Assembly: GCA_963717505.1 (NCBI GenBank)
Contig: OY970342.1
Location: 3,456,001 to 3,520,000 of the forward strand
Origin: Candidatus Eiseniibacteriota bacterium
Lineage (GTDB): Bacteria; Eisenbacteria; RBG-16-71-46
Direction: 5' to 3'
DNA: 64,000 nt
The position numbers and the translations under genes were made by a program. The notes under the pieces were generated by a model. The model saw only the letters and a list, made by a program, of their open reading frames with translations, did not search any database and was not told where the DNA came from. Position 1 is the stretch's first letter. Each line of letters begins with the position of its first letter. Shown here piece after piece: positions 37,904 to 50,900 of the stretch.

Positions 37904-38413
37904 ATGAACCCCGAACTTCAGACCGTGGTGGCTCGGATCGAGCTGATCGAGCGGCAGAACGGCACCTTGAAGCTGATCGCCGCCCTGTCGATGGTCGTGG
38001 CACTCGGCGCTGCGGTCATGACCTGGATCCAGTCGAGCCGGCAAGCCACGCCGACCGAGGGCGTCGGACGCTTCTCCTTGGTCGAGGCCAACCGGATCAT
38101 ACTGCGCGACCTCGACAGCCGCGCGGCCGGCGGACTCGAGGTCGACCGCAATGGAACCATTCGGCTGGTGCTCGGCCGCAGCGGCGAGACCGCGGCGGTC
38201 GTGCTCGAAGCCCAGCGCAACGGCATCGCCCATGTCACGCTGCGCGACGCGCAGGGAGCGGTGCGCGCCGGCCTGGTCGGTTCCGATCAGCCGACCTTCG
38301 CGCTGGGCGGCAAGCCGGAGTCGCCGGCGATCACCCTGCTCGCCAGCGCCGACGGCTCGGGTCGCATCGAGGTTCACGATGCGCGCGGCCGGGTGCGCTT
38401 TCGCGCCCCCTAG
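37904..38413 (+). CDS. Hypothetical membrane-anchored beta-repeat protein
   Basis: RBS AAGGAGG; coiled coil, TM, then repeated LRD..G..R..L beta motifs. Confidence 0.65.
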   Translation: MNPELQTVVARIELIERQNGTLKLIAALSMVVALGAAVMTWIQSSRQATPTEGVGRFSLVEANRIILRDLDSRAAGGLEVDRNGTIRLVLGRSGETAAVVLEAQRNGIAHVTLRDAQGAVRAGLVGSDQPTFALGGKPESPAITLLASADGSGRIEVHDARGRVRFRAP

Positions 38414-38510
38414 CGACGTCTCCGCACGCCGCGTCGATACCGCCCGCGCCCTCCGGCTGGTAGATTCGCGGGCCGACGACTCGTTGCCCGACCGCGAATA
38501 GGAGCGTCTC

Positions 38511-38969
38511 ATGCGAAAACCGACTCCAAACGATGCCGAGCTGTTGCTTCGCCTGTACGAGATTCGCCGCGACCCCGAGCTGCGCCGGGCGCGCCAGTGG
38601 TTCCTGACCGACTTCAAGCCGGCGAGCTGGATGGAGATCAAGCTGCGCTACCTCACGCACAGCGACGAGGATCGCTACTTCCGCATGACGACCTCGTACT
38701 GGGAGATGGTCGGCACGCTGGTCAACCGCGACGTGCTCCATGCCGAGCTGTTCTTCGACCACACCGGCGAGGACATCGTGACCTGGGAGCGCTGCAAGGC
38801 CTGGATCGCCGAAGCGCGCGCCGACATCCGTCCGACCTACCTCTACCAGTTCGAGCGCATGGTCGAGGCGCATCAGGCGTTTCGGGCGCGCGCCAATGCC
38901 GCGTTCCTCAAGTCGCGCACGTCCGCGCCGGCGGCGGCCGGAGCGCGGGGCGGCGCCAGGCGCAAGTAG
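38511..38969 (+). CDS. Conserved hypothetical protein (DUF4760-like)
   Basis: RBS AGGAG; DAELLLRLYE.RR...LR.AR.WF...YWEM. Confidence 0.65.
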   Translation: MRKPTPNDAELLLRLYEIRRDPELRRARQWFLTDFKPASWMEIKLRYLTHSDEDRYFRMTTSYWEMVGTLVNRDVLHAELFFDHTGEDIVTWERCKAWIAEARADIRPTYLYQFERMVEAHQAFRARANAAFLKSRTSAPAAAGARGGARRK

Positions 38970-38986
38970 CGGGTCACGGACCACGG

Positions 38987-40058
38987 ATGTCATCGACGTT
39001 CGGCAGGCTGTTCGCGGTCACCACCTTCGGCGAGTCGCACGGACCGGCCGTCGGCGTGGTGGTCGACGGCATGCCGCCCGGGATCGCGGTCGACGCCGAC
39101 TTCCTGCAGCGCGAGCTGGATCGGCGCCGTCCGGGCCAGAGCGCGCTGACCACGCAGCGCAGCGAGGCCGACCGGGTCGAGATCCTGAGCGGCGTGTTCG
39201 AGGGCAAGAGTCTCGGCACGCCGATCGCGATGCTGGTGCGCAACACCGACGCGAAATCGAAGGACTACGACGCGCTGCGCGACGTCTATCCGCCCCGGTC
39301 ACGCCGATCAGGCCTACGACGCAGAAGTACGGCGATGCGCGACCATCGCGGCGGCGGCCGCGTCGTCCGGCCGCGAGACCGTGGGCCGGGTGGCCGCCGG
39401 CGCGCTGGCCAAGCTGGCACTCGGCACGGTCGGGGTGACCGTCGTCGGCGGCACGGTGCAGGTGGGCGAGGTGCGTGCCGAACGCCGCGACTGGGATCAG
39501 GTCGAGCAGAACCCGGTGCGCTGCCCCGACGCGGGGGCCGCCGACGCAGATGGCGGCGCTCATCGAAGCCGCGCGCGACGCGAAGGATTCGGTCGGGCGG
39601 CGTGGTCGAGATCGTGGCGCGCGGCGTGCCCGCGGGCTGGGGCGATCCGACCATGGACAAGCTCGACGCCCTGCTCGGCGGCGGCGATGCTGTCGATTCC
39701 CGCGACCAAGGGGGTCGAGATCGGCGGCGGCTTCGCGATGTGCGCGCGCGCGCGGATCGGAGACCAACGACGTGTTCGACGACGGACAGCTTCGTCACCA
39801 ACCACGCCGGCGGCATCGCAGGCGGGATCTCGAACGGCGCCGACGTCGTCGTGCGCGTCGCGGTGCGACCGGCGACCTCGATCGGCAAACCGCAGACCGC
39901 CGGCACGCGCGAGGGCGGCACGCACGACGATCGCGATCGAAGGCCGACACGATCCCTGCATCTGCCCGCGCGTGGTGCCGGTCGCCGAGAGCATGATGGC
40001 GATCACGCTGGTCGACGCCTGGTTGCGGCAGCGCGCGGTTCGCGGCCGCGACCGCTGA
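38987..40058 (+). CDS. aroC: Chorismate synthase, multiple frameshifts (probably sequence errors)
   Basis: [15 protein letters not shown]...[34 protein letters not shown] and GRHDPCI appear in order but across all three frames. Confidence 0.9.
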
Positions 40059-40071
40059 GCCCGAGCCCGCC

Positions 40072-41088
40072 GTGCTGATCCTGCTCGACCGGGGCGCCCC
40101 CGAGAGCGCCGCCAGCGACATCGAAGGTCGCCTGCGCATGTCGGGACTGTCGGTCCACCGCACCGATCACGCAGGCGTGATCCGGCTCGCCGCGGTCGGC
40201 GAGGTCGGCGGGGTGGACTGGGAGCAGGTGCGCGGCTGGCCCGGCGTTGCCGAGCTCGAGCGCGATCAAGGTCCCCTTCAAGCTCGCGAGTCGGACGTTC
40301 CATCCGCACGACACGGTGATCACGGTCGGCCGCTGCGCGATCGGCAGCGACCAGCTGGCGCTCATGGCCGGGCCGTGCTCGGTCGAGGGCGAGGAGCAGA
40401 CATTTCGCGATCGCCGAAGCCGTGGCGCAGGCCGGCGCGACGATCCTGCGCGGCGGCGCCTACAAGCCGCGCACCTCGCCCTACTCGTTCCAGGGACTGG
40501 GCGAGGAGGGACTCAAGATCCTGCGCCGCGCCGCGGACGCGAACGGGCTGGCGGTGGTCAGCGAGGTGATGGACCCGCAGACAGGTGTCGCTGGTCGCGC
40601 GCTACGCCGACATCCTGCAGGTCGGCGCCCGCAACATGCAGAACTACGCGCTGCTGCGCGAGGTCGGCCACTCCGACAAGCCGGTGCTGCTCAAGCGCGG
40701 GCTGGCCGCGACCATCGAGGAGTGGCTGATGAGCGCCGAGCACATCGTGTCGCAGGGCAACACCCAGGTGATCCTGTGCGAGCGCGGCATCCGCACGTTC
40801 GAGACCTACACGCGCAACACGCTCGACCTGAACGCGATCCCGGTGGTGAAGGAGCTGTCGCACCTGCCGGTGATCGTCGACCCCTCGCACGGCACCGGCA
40901 TCCGCAACAAGGTCGCGCCGATGGCGCGCGCCGCGATCGCGGCCGGGGCCGACGGGCTGATCATCGAGGTCCACCACGACCCCGACCAGGCGCTGTCCGA
41001 CGGCGCGCAGTCGCTATGGCCGGAGCAGTACCGGGAGCTGGTCGGCCAGATCCGGACGATCGCCAAGGTCCTGGGGCGGCGAGTCTAG
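40072..41088 (+). CDS. aroF: DAHP synthase (class I-beta with N-terminal regulatory domain), frameshifted
   Basis: [57 protein letters not shown]; about three frame changes between 40250 and 40590. Confidence 0.9.
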
Positions 41089-41266
41089 CTCCAGGGGGCC
41101 ACTTTGAGGGGGCCTCACGGCAGGGTTTTTTCCGAGATCCCCCAAAAAGTTGGCGACTTGTCAAGGCTCGATTGCTAAGCTTATTCCGGTCGCGGGATCT
41201 TCCTCCCCTGGAAACCGGGCCTACTGGCGTTCGCCACCACTCACCCCCTCGCGTGAGGATCTCGCC

Positions 41267-44200
41267 ATGAGCCCCGATCGCTCGTTCTTTCCGCAGCGCC
41301 GCCACTCATCGACCTTTGGCTTCGTCGCCGGCCTGGCGCTGGCCACGGCCCTTCTGACTTCGGCACGCGCACAGGCTCAGGGCGTCAATCTCTCCTGGGA
41401 CGAATGCGGCGCCGCCGGCTCCCAGATCAAGTCGTTCGCGTGCGACGTCAACACCGGCGAGAGCTTTGCCGTCGCGTCGTTCCGTCCTCCGGCCGGCATC
41501 AACCAGTTCCTCGGCCTTTCCGCCGAGATGCGCATCGCGGGCACCACGCTCCCCGACTGGTGGAAGCACGGCGCCGGGCAATGCCGCGGTGCGGGCGCCC
41601 TGGTTCCGGATTTCCCGTTCACTCCAGGAGCCTGTCAGACTCCGTGGTCGACGAACGTCGCCGGCGGCTTCGTCTATGAGATCGAGAACTACGGCCCGAA
41701 TACCGCGCGACTGCGCATCCAGGCCGCCAACCCGTTCGAGGAGCAAGTCGCGCTCTCGAGCGGCAACGAGTACTACGCGTTTCGCGTGCGCATCGCGCGC
41801 AGCAAGTCGACCGGCGCCGGGAGCTGCGCGGGCTGCGCGGACCCGATGATGCTTCGACTCGAGAACGTGCAATTGTTCCAGCCGCCCACGGCCGGCAACG
41901 ACCCGGTGCTCACGGCGCCGCTGCTGCGGAACACCGCCTATTGGCAGGCTGCAGTGGGCGCGACGCCGGTGATCGCCGGCTTCACGCCGGGCGCCGGCGC
42001 GCCGGGCGCTTTGGTGACGATCAACGGGACCGGCTTGGCGTCGGCTTCCTCGGTCCTGTTCGGTGGAGTCTCTGCCACCTACACGGTCCTCGGCGGCACT
42101 CAGGTCCAGGCGACCGTGCCCGCGGACGGACGCACCGGACCGATTCAGGTCGGGACACCATTCGGCGTCGGCATCAGCGCCGCGTCGTTCGTGGTCCGCC
42201 CGCGAATCGACGACTTCCTGCCCCAGCAGGGACCGATCGGATCCTTGGTTCAGGTTTCGGGTATCAACTTCGGCGGAACCACCGCCGTTTCGTTCAACGG
42301 GATCTCCGCGATCTTCTCGGTGACCTCGGACTCGACGCTGCAGGCGACCGTGCCGGCCGGCGCCACCAGTGGCCCGATCGCGGTCACCAATGCCGGTGGC
42401 ACCGCGACGTCGGCCGATCCGTTCCAGGTGGGGCCGGCGGAAGGTCTGCTCAACCTGTCGTGGGACGACTGCGGCCTCGCCGGCAGCGAGGTCCAGAGCT
42501 TCGCGTGCAACTCGAACTCCGGCCCGATGTTCACGCTGATCGGATCGTTCGTGCCGCCGGCGGGAGTCAACGAGCTGCTGGGTATGAGCGCGGACGTCCG
42601 CATCTCGTCGGGGACGTTGCCCGACTGGTGGAAGCACGGCGCCGGCCAATGCCGCGGCACCGGCAGCATCACCGCCAACATGAACTTCCAGACCGGGCCC
42701 ACCTCGTGCGCCGACTATTGGCAGGGATTCGCCCCGGCCTCGGTGGCCTACGACATCGGCTACTACGGTCCTGAGACCGCACGGCTGCGCGTCAGTGGCT
42801 TCGTGCCGTCCAGCCGTAGGGGACCGGTGGATCCGCTCACCGAGTACTACGCGTTCCGTGCTTTGATCAGCCGCCTGCGGACGGTGTCCGACGGCGCCTG
42901 CGCCGGCTGCGATCAGCCGGTGGTCCTGTCGCTCGAGCAGATCCAGCTGATCCAACCCTCGACCATTGGGAACGACCCGATCATCACCCGGCCGCGCGAT
43001 CGCAACACGGCCTACTGGCAGGGCGTTCCCGGCCCGAGTCCGATCATCGAGTCGATCACGCCGACCGCTGGTGCTCCCGGCACCCCGGTCACCATTCGCG
43101 GCCACAACTTCATCGACGTCGCCTCGGTCCGCTTCCAGGGTGTCGACGCCACTTTCAGCGTACCCTCGGACTCGGTCGTCCAGACGACGGTGCCGTTGAA
43201 CGCCCGGACTGGACCGGTCAGCGTGCGCACCACCAACGGCACCGCGATCGGCCCGGTGTTCACCGTGGCCCCGCGCATCGTCACGTTTGCGCCCCGCCAG
43301 GCCCCGATCGGCTACAGCCCGATCACCCTCCGCGGCTTCAACTTCACCAGTGCCAGCGCGGTGCTGTTCAACGGTGTTCCGTCGACCTTCACGGTTCCGT
43401 CCGACTCGGTGATCCAGGCGACGGTGCCCGCGGGTGCGACCAACGGGCCACTGACCGTGGTCGGACCGGGCGGGAGCACGCCCTCCGACAGCACGTTCCG
43501 CGTCGGGCCACTGCCGCCGGGCGCCATCAACCTGTCCTGGGACGAGTGCGGTCTGGCCGGATCGGAATTCGATAGCTTCGCGTGCAACACCAACACGGGG
43601 ACGCCGTTCACTCTGATCGGCTCGTTCACGCCGCCGCCGTTCGTCGATGAATTCGTCGGCATCAGCGCGGTGGTTCGAATCGAATCCTTCACCGCCTTGC
43701 CCGATTGGTGGAAGCACGGCGCCACGCAATGTCGTGGCTCGGGCGCTTTGAGCGCATCGTTCGGTTTCGTCGGGGCGCCCGGTTGCAGCGATCCCTACGC
43801 CGGCACGGCCACCGGCGGGCTGACCTACGACGTCGGGTACTACGGACCCAACACCGCGCGACTGGTGGTATTCGGCAGCAAGCCCGCCGAGTTCCGCGGA
43901 CCGCTGTCGGTCGGCAGCCAGTACTACGCCTTCCGCGCGGTGGTTCAACCCTCGAAGTCGACCGGGGCCGGTAACTGCGCGGGATGCGCGACGCCGGTAC
44001 AGGTCCGGCTCGAGAGCATTCAGCTGTTCCAGCCGGCGACGGTCGGATTCGATCCGATCATCTCCGCGACCCTCGACCGCACGGTCGCCTACTGGCAGGC
44101 CGTGCCCGGCGAGCCCCCGACGATCAGCTCGATCACGCCGAACGCGGGGCCGCCGGCCACACCGGTCACCATCCGCGGCACCCGCTTCGTGGCGGTGAAC

Positions 44201-47200
44201 GCGGTCCGCTTCGGTACCCTCGATGCCACCTTCTCGGTGCCCTCGGACTCGGTGATCCAGGCCAGCGTTCCCGCCAACGCGCGCACCGGAGCGGTCAGCG
44301 TGCACACCGCCAACGGTGTTGCCGTCGGCCCGACCTTCAACGTGGCGCCGCGAATCCTGACCTTCGTTCCGCGCCAGGCGCCGATCGGCTTCAGCCCGAT
44401 CGTGATCCGCGGCTTCAACTTCACGGGTGCCACCTCGGTACGGTTCAACGGCGTCTCGGCCACCTTCACGACCGCTTCGGACTCGGTGATCCAGGCGACG
44501 GTGCCGACAGGAGCCACCAATGGACCGATCAGCGTGGTCGGCCCGGGAGGGACTACCGCATCCGACAGCACGTTCCGCGTGGGACCGCTGCCCGCGGGCG
44601 GAGTGAATCTGTCGTGGGACAACTGCGGCGTGTCGGGCATGGACATCAAGACGTTCGCCTGCAACACCAACAGCGGGAACTTCCCTCTGATCGGCTCGTT
44701 CGTGCCGCCGCCCTTCGTCGATGAGTTCATCGGGATCAGCGGCGAGATCCGAGTCGATGGTTTCGGTGGGCTGCCCGACTGGTGGAAGCACGGCGCCGGA
44801 CAATGCCGCGGCACCAGCGGATTGACGTCCTCGTACAACTTCGGCGGCAGCACCCCGTGCAACGACCCGTTCGGTGGCTTCGCCACCGGCACGCACAGCT
44901 ACTCGATCGACTACTACGGGCCCAACACCGCGCGCATTTTGGTGACCGCCAGCAAGCCGGAGGCGAATCGCAGCCCGGTGTTGCCCGACCGCGAGTACTA
45001 CGCGTTTCGCGTGAACGTCACGGCGTCGCAGTCGACCGGCGCGGGAAGCTGCGCCGGCTGTTCAACGCCGATGCGCCTGTCCCTCGAGAATCTGCAGCTC
45101 TTCCAGCCGGCAGTCGTCGGCTTCAACCCGATCCTGGTCGCCGCGCAGGATCGCAAACAGGCCTACTGGCAGGCGGTGCCGGGCCCGGTGCCCAGCGTCC
45201 AGGCGTTCTCGCCGACCGCCGGCGCGGAGTCGACGCCGGTTACGGTCACCGGACACCACTTCACCGGCGCCACCGCCGTCCGCTTTGGTGGCGTGCTCTC
45301 GGGATTCAGCGTGCCTTCGGACTCGGTCATCCAGACCAGCGTTCCGGTCGGGGCTCGCACCGGGGCGATCTCGGTGACCACGGGGCAGGGAACCGGGAAC
45401 AGCGCAGCGGCGTTCGTGGTGGCGCCCCACATCACCACCATCAGTCCGCGACAGGCGCCGGTCGGATACGTGCTTCGCATCCATGGCTACAACTTCACGT
45501 CGGCCACCCAGGTGTTGTTCAACGGGCTGGCCGCCAGCTTCACCGTCGATTCGGATCTTCTGATCCTGGCGCCGGTTCCCAGCGGCGCCACCAGCGGCCC
45601 GATCACCGTGGCCAACCCGGGCGGCTCCGACGTGTCGGACATCGACTTCACCGTCGGCCCGCTTCCCGGCGGGTTCATCAACCTGGCCTGGGACGACTGC
45701 GGGACCAACGGCGACCCGATCAAGTTGTTCGCGTGCAACAGCAACTCGGGTCTGCCCTTCACTCTGGTCGGTTCCTTCGTGCCGCCCGGCGGCGTCCACG
45801 AGCTGATCGGCATGACCGCCGACCTGCGCATCGCCACCGCGACGGTGTTGCCCGATTGGTGGCGGCACGGTGCCGCGCAATGCCGCGGCGCCTCGGCGAT
45901 CTCAGCAATGTTCACGCAGCCAGGCACGTGCCTCGATCCGTGGGAGGGGGACGCGGTCGGCAACTGGTCCTACGAGATCGGATTCGGCGGACCCAACATG
46001 GCACGTATGGTGATCTGGTGCTTCGCCGACTCACCCCGTCCGGTGATGGATGGAGAGGAGTACTCGGCGTTCCGGGTGAACCTCCAGCAGTCGAAGACCA
46101 CCGGAAGCGGATCGTGCGCCGGGTGCGCGATCGCGGCGTCGATCACGCTCCGCCAGATCCAGCTCCACCAGACTCCGGCCCTCAAGGACGATCCCTTGAT
46201 CAACACGCCGCTCGATTCGAAGGTGGCGTACTGGCAGAGCGTCCCGGGTGCGGCGCCGGAGATCCTGGCGTTCTCGCCGACCGCCGGCGAGGTCGGGACC
46301 CCGGTGACCATCACCGGCCACCGGTTCACCGGTACCACCTCGGTGCGCTTCAATTCAGGCGAAGCCGGGTTCAACGTGGCCTCGGACTCGGTGATCACCA
46401 CCAGCGTGCCTTCGGACGGTCGCACGGGACCGATCTACGTGACCACCGCCAACGGCCTCGGCGGCAGCAGCACGTCGTTCATCGTGGCGCCCGACATCCT
46501 GAGCTTCTCGCCGACCATGGCTCCGATCGGCAGCGGCGTCTCGATTCTGGGCGTGAACTTCAGCGCGACCACCACGGTGACGTTCAACGGCACGCCGGCC
46601 ACCTTCGTGGTGCTGTCCGATACGCAGATCCAGGCGAACGTTCCGCTCGGGACCACCGACGGTCCGATCATGGTGGTGAATCCCGGCGGCTCGGACGTCT
46701 CGGACCAGTTCTTCCGCGTCGGAACCGTCACAGGTGGTGGAATCAATCTGTCATGGAACGAATGCGGCGACGGCGGAGCGGCGAGCGCGTTCTTCGCGTG
46801 TAACACCAACACCGGCGCCCCATTCACGGCGGTCGCGTCGTTCGCAACCGGAGTACCTTTGCCGGAGTTCCTGGGTCTCTCGGCGGACATGCGGCTCTCG
46901 TTCGCCGGCTCGGCCACAGTCCCGGACTGGTGGCTGCATGGCACGGGCCTCTGCCGCGGAACCACCGGGCTCAGCACCAACTTCGACTTTACCGCTGGTC
47001 CGTTCAACTGCCTCGACTTCTACTTCGGCCAGGCCGCGGGAGGTTTCGCCTACGATATTGGCTACGCCTTGCCCAACGACGCGCGGCTGCGCGTCCAGTG
47101 CGCGGTTCCGTTCGAGAACCGGGGGTCGATCGATCCGGGAGTCGAGTGGTATGCATTCAAAGTCAACATCCTGCGGTCCAAGACCACGGGCACCGGCTCG

Positions 47201-47900
47201 TGCGCTGGGTGCGGCCAAATCGCCTGCATTCAGTTGAACGAGATCCAGCTCTTCCAGCCACCGGCAGAAAACTTGGATCCCGTGATCTTCGATCCGCTGA
47301 ATCGCAATTTCATCACCTGGCAGACCACCGCACCGAGCTGCCCCGGCGGTACTCCGGTCCTGGTGTCGGTGGTCACCGCCGAGGCGACGTCGGATCGCGT
47401 GCGGCTGATCTGGCAGACCGAGGAGGTCAACTACGCCACCGTGCATCGCCGCCAAGGCGAGGGCGAATGGCGACAGATCGCCACGCTCCGTCCCGATGGG
47501 CAGATGCGCGTGACCTATGAAGACACCGACGTCGAACCCGGCGCGACCTACGATTACCGGCTCGGCATCCCGGTGCCGACCGGCGAGGTCTACATGGGAG
47601 AGACGCGGGTCACGGTTCCCGGCGCGGAGCCCAAGGCCCTGGCGTTGGCGCGTGTCGGTTGGGACGGCTCAGCCGGAGCACTCAGAGGTGTCGCTGTCGC
47701 TGCCGCAAGGTGGCTCGGCGTCGTTCGAGCTGTTCGACATCAACGGCCGACGACTGGTCGGCGAGCGCTTCGAAGGACTCAAGGCCGGCACCCACGAACT
47801 CAGGGTGAGGCCGAGCCAGCCGCTCAAGCCGGGCGTGTTCTTCGCGCGCGTGACGCAGAACGGGGTCGATGCGAAACGGAGGTTCGTGGTCGTGCAGTAG
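41267..47900 (+). CDS. Array gene 1: secreted protein with 6 Cys-rich NLSWDDCG domains, 5 IPT/TIG pairs and a conserved C-terminal module (indel near 47684)
   Basis: Signal peptide ending ARAQA. Domains start near 41380, 42445, 43522, 44600, 45675 and 46740. The paralog-matching C-terminus RRFVVVQ lies in the 47517 frame. Confidence 0.85.
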
Positions 47901-47928
47901 GGTTCATCGAGTCTCGGCATCGGGGGTC

Positions 47929-50900
47929 ATGATGATCGTCGCCGGGCGCCGCGAGGAGGCCTCTCCGCCTCCTCCGGCGCCGACTCGTAGCCTGGATGGC
48001 GGTCGCGACTTCTCGTCGTGGCGGCTTCTGCTGCCGGCGCCCAGGGAATCAATCTCTCCTGGGACGACTGTGGGCTTGCCGGAAGCGAGATCAAGAGCGT
48101 TCGCGTGCAACACGAACGCGGGGGACGACTACCTGGTCGCCTCGTTCCGGCCACCCGATGGGATCTCGGAGTTCCTCGGCGTCAGTGCCGAGCTGCGCAT
48201 CGCATCGACGCACCTGCCCGACTGGTGGCGACACGGCAATGCGCAGTGCCGGGGGGGAGCGGCACTGTCGACCGGATTTCGCATTCGTGTCCGGAGTTTG
48301 CGCGACTCCCTGGTCGCTCAGCGCCACTGGTGGAATGGACTACCAGCTCGACGGGTATGGCGGCAACACCGCAAGGCTCAGGATCCAAGGCGCGAATCCG
48401 TTCGAAGATCGCAGGCCGCTTTCGAGCGCCGCCGAGTACGTGGCCTTCCGAATTCGAATCGCCCACAGCAAGAGCACCGGCGCCGGCAGCTGCCCCGGCT
48501 GCGCCGATCCGGTGCTGGTCCGACTCGAGCGTGTGGAGCTATTCCAGCCACCGGAGTTGAAGCACGACCCGGTGCTGACCACGACGCTCGACCGAACCAG
48601 CGCCTACTGGCAGGGCACCGTGGGTTCTCAGCCGTCGATCACGAGCGTCCTGCCCGGGGCGGGTTCACCTGGAACCGCCGTCGCGATCGGCGGCACCGGA
48701 CTGACCGCTGCCTCTTCGGTGAGCTTCGGCGGAGGTGCCGCCAACTACACGGTCGGCTCCGACACGCAGATCGGCGCGACCGTACCGGGAAATGCCGTCA
48801 TCGGCCCGGTGCAGGTCACGACTCCATTCGGAACGGCGCTCAGCGCCAGCCCGTTCATCGTCCCTGCACGCATCGAGTACGTCCTTCCCGAGAAGGGACC
48901 GCCGGGAACCGTCGTTCATTTGTTTGGGTCCGACTTCTCGCCCACAACGGCGGTAAGTTTCAACGGCCTCAGCGCCGCCCTCCAGGTGATTTCGAATACC
49001 CTGCTCGCCGCAACTGTCCCGGCGACGGCGACCACCGGACCGCTCGTGGTCACCAACCCGGCGGGGACGGCGTTCGCACCGGAGCCATTCGAGGTCGGAC
49101 CGCCCGAAGGTGTCTTGAACCTTTCCTGGGACGACTGCGGTCTGGCCGGGAGCGAAATCAAGACCTTCGCGTGCAACACGAACTCGGGGCCGCTCTTCAA
49201 TCTGATCGGCTCGTTCGTCCCCCCGGAAGGCGTGAACGAGCTGATCGGGATGATCGCCGACGTGCGAATCACTGGGAATTCGCTCCCGAATTGGTGGCGT
49301 CATGGTCCGGGCCAGTGCCGGGGCCCGTCTCTGCTCACCGACATGAACTTCGTCAGCGGTCCGGAGTCCTGCGCCGACTTCTGGCAGGGTCGCGCAATCT
49401 CCAACTACAGCTACGCGATCGACTATTACGGTCCGCAAACTGCTCGCCTGCGGGTATCCGGATCCATGAGCCCGGACTACCGAGGCTCCGTCGATGCGCG
49501 CACCGAGTACTACGGGTTCCGCGTCCAGATCAGCCGCTTGCGCACCGTCTCCGACAACTCGTGCTCCGGGTGTGACCAGCCCATGGCGCTGGTCCTCGAG
49601 CAAATGCAGCTCCTCCAGCCGGCCACGGCCGGAAGCGATCCGATCATCACGCGGCCGTTCCATCGGGGCACGGCTTATTGGCAGAACGTGCCGGGTCCGA
49701 TGCCGACGGTCGCGACCATCGAGCCGGAAGCGGGTTCACCCGGCACTCCCGTCACCTTCCGCGGCACTCATTTCGTCGACGTCAGCTCGGTTCGATTCGC
49801 GAACACGGAGGCGGCCTTCAGTGTTCCTTCCGACTCCGTGATTCTGACGACCGTCCCCGCTGGCGCCCGCAGCGGACCGGTCAGCGTCCGCACGCCGCAT
49901 GGCACCGCTCTCGGGCCGGTGTTCACCGTCGCGCCTCGGATCGTGTCGTTCTACCCGCGCCAGGCGCCGGCGGGCTACGACCCGGTGACCATCAACGGCT
50001 TCAACTTCGTCGGGGTCACGTCGGTTCGCTTCAATGGGGTGGAGGCCAGTTTCACGGTGCCCTCGGACACGGTCCTTCGCGCCGCGGTGCCGCTGGGGGT
50101 CAGCGACGGACCGATCACCGTGACCGGTCCGGGTGGAACCAGCGTCTCCGACAGTGTGTTCCGTATCGGCCCGTTGCCGCCAGGCACCATCAACCTGTCC
50201 TGGGACGATTGTGGCGCGGCGGGGACCAGCCTCCAGACGTTCGCGTGCGACACCAACACCGGACCGGCATTCCAGCTGATCGGCTCGTTCACGCCACCGC
50301 CCGGCGTCGATGAGTTCCTCGGGCTGTCTGCGGAGCTGCGTATCGAGTCGGGCTCGGCGTTGCCTGCCTGGTGGAAGCACGGGGCGGGGGAGTGTCGAGG
50401 CTCGAGCTCGCTGCAGGCGTCCTTCAACTTCGCGGCTTCCCCGACCGCGGCCTGCGAGACCGCGGGCATGTCCTCCGGCGGCTCCCTCACCTACAGCATC
50501 GGGTTCTATGGCCCCAACTCGGCGCGACTCCTCCTGTCGGGCAGCCGCGCGGGCACGACGCCGCTGTCGTCCATCGACGAGTACTACGCCTTCCGGGTGA
50601 GTCTCCAACGTACGAACACCCTGCCCGGCGTCACCGGCTGTGAGGATTGCTCGCGCCCGGTCCGCCTGACCCTGAACAGCATTCAGCTCCATCAGCCGGC
50701 CGCGGTGGGTTTCGATCCGATTCTCGTGACGCCCGATCTCCGGAGCGACGTCCTGTGGCAGGCCGAGCCCGGCCCCGCGCCGGTCGTCATTTCCTTCAGC
50801 CCAGTCGGAGGCCCAGCGGGAACGCCCGTCACGGTGGGGGGCACACACTTCACCGGCGCCACGGCAGTCCGCTTCGGTTCGACGCCTGCCTCGTTCAGCG

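Noticed and set aside
38987-41088. Programmed frameshifting or true pseudogenes in aroC/aroF
   Set aside because: Too many indels, no slippery-site pattern, and intact catalytic motifs; sequence error is more parsimonious, though unproven without reads.
47880-47932. ORF-track C-terminus of array gene 1 (to 47932)
   Set aside because: It results from an indel near 47684; the paralog-matching end RRFVVVQ stops at 47900.
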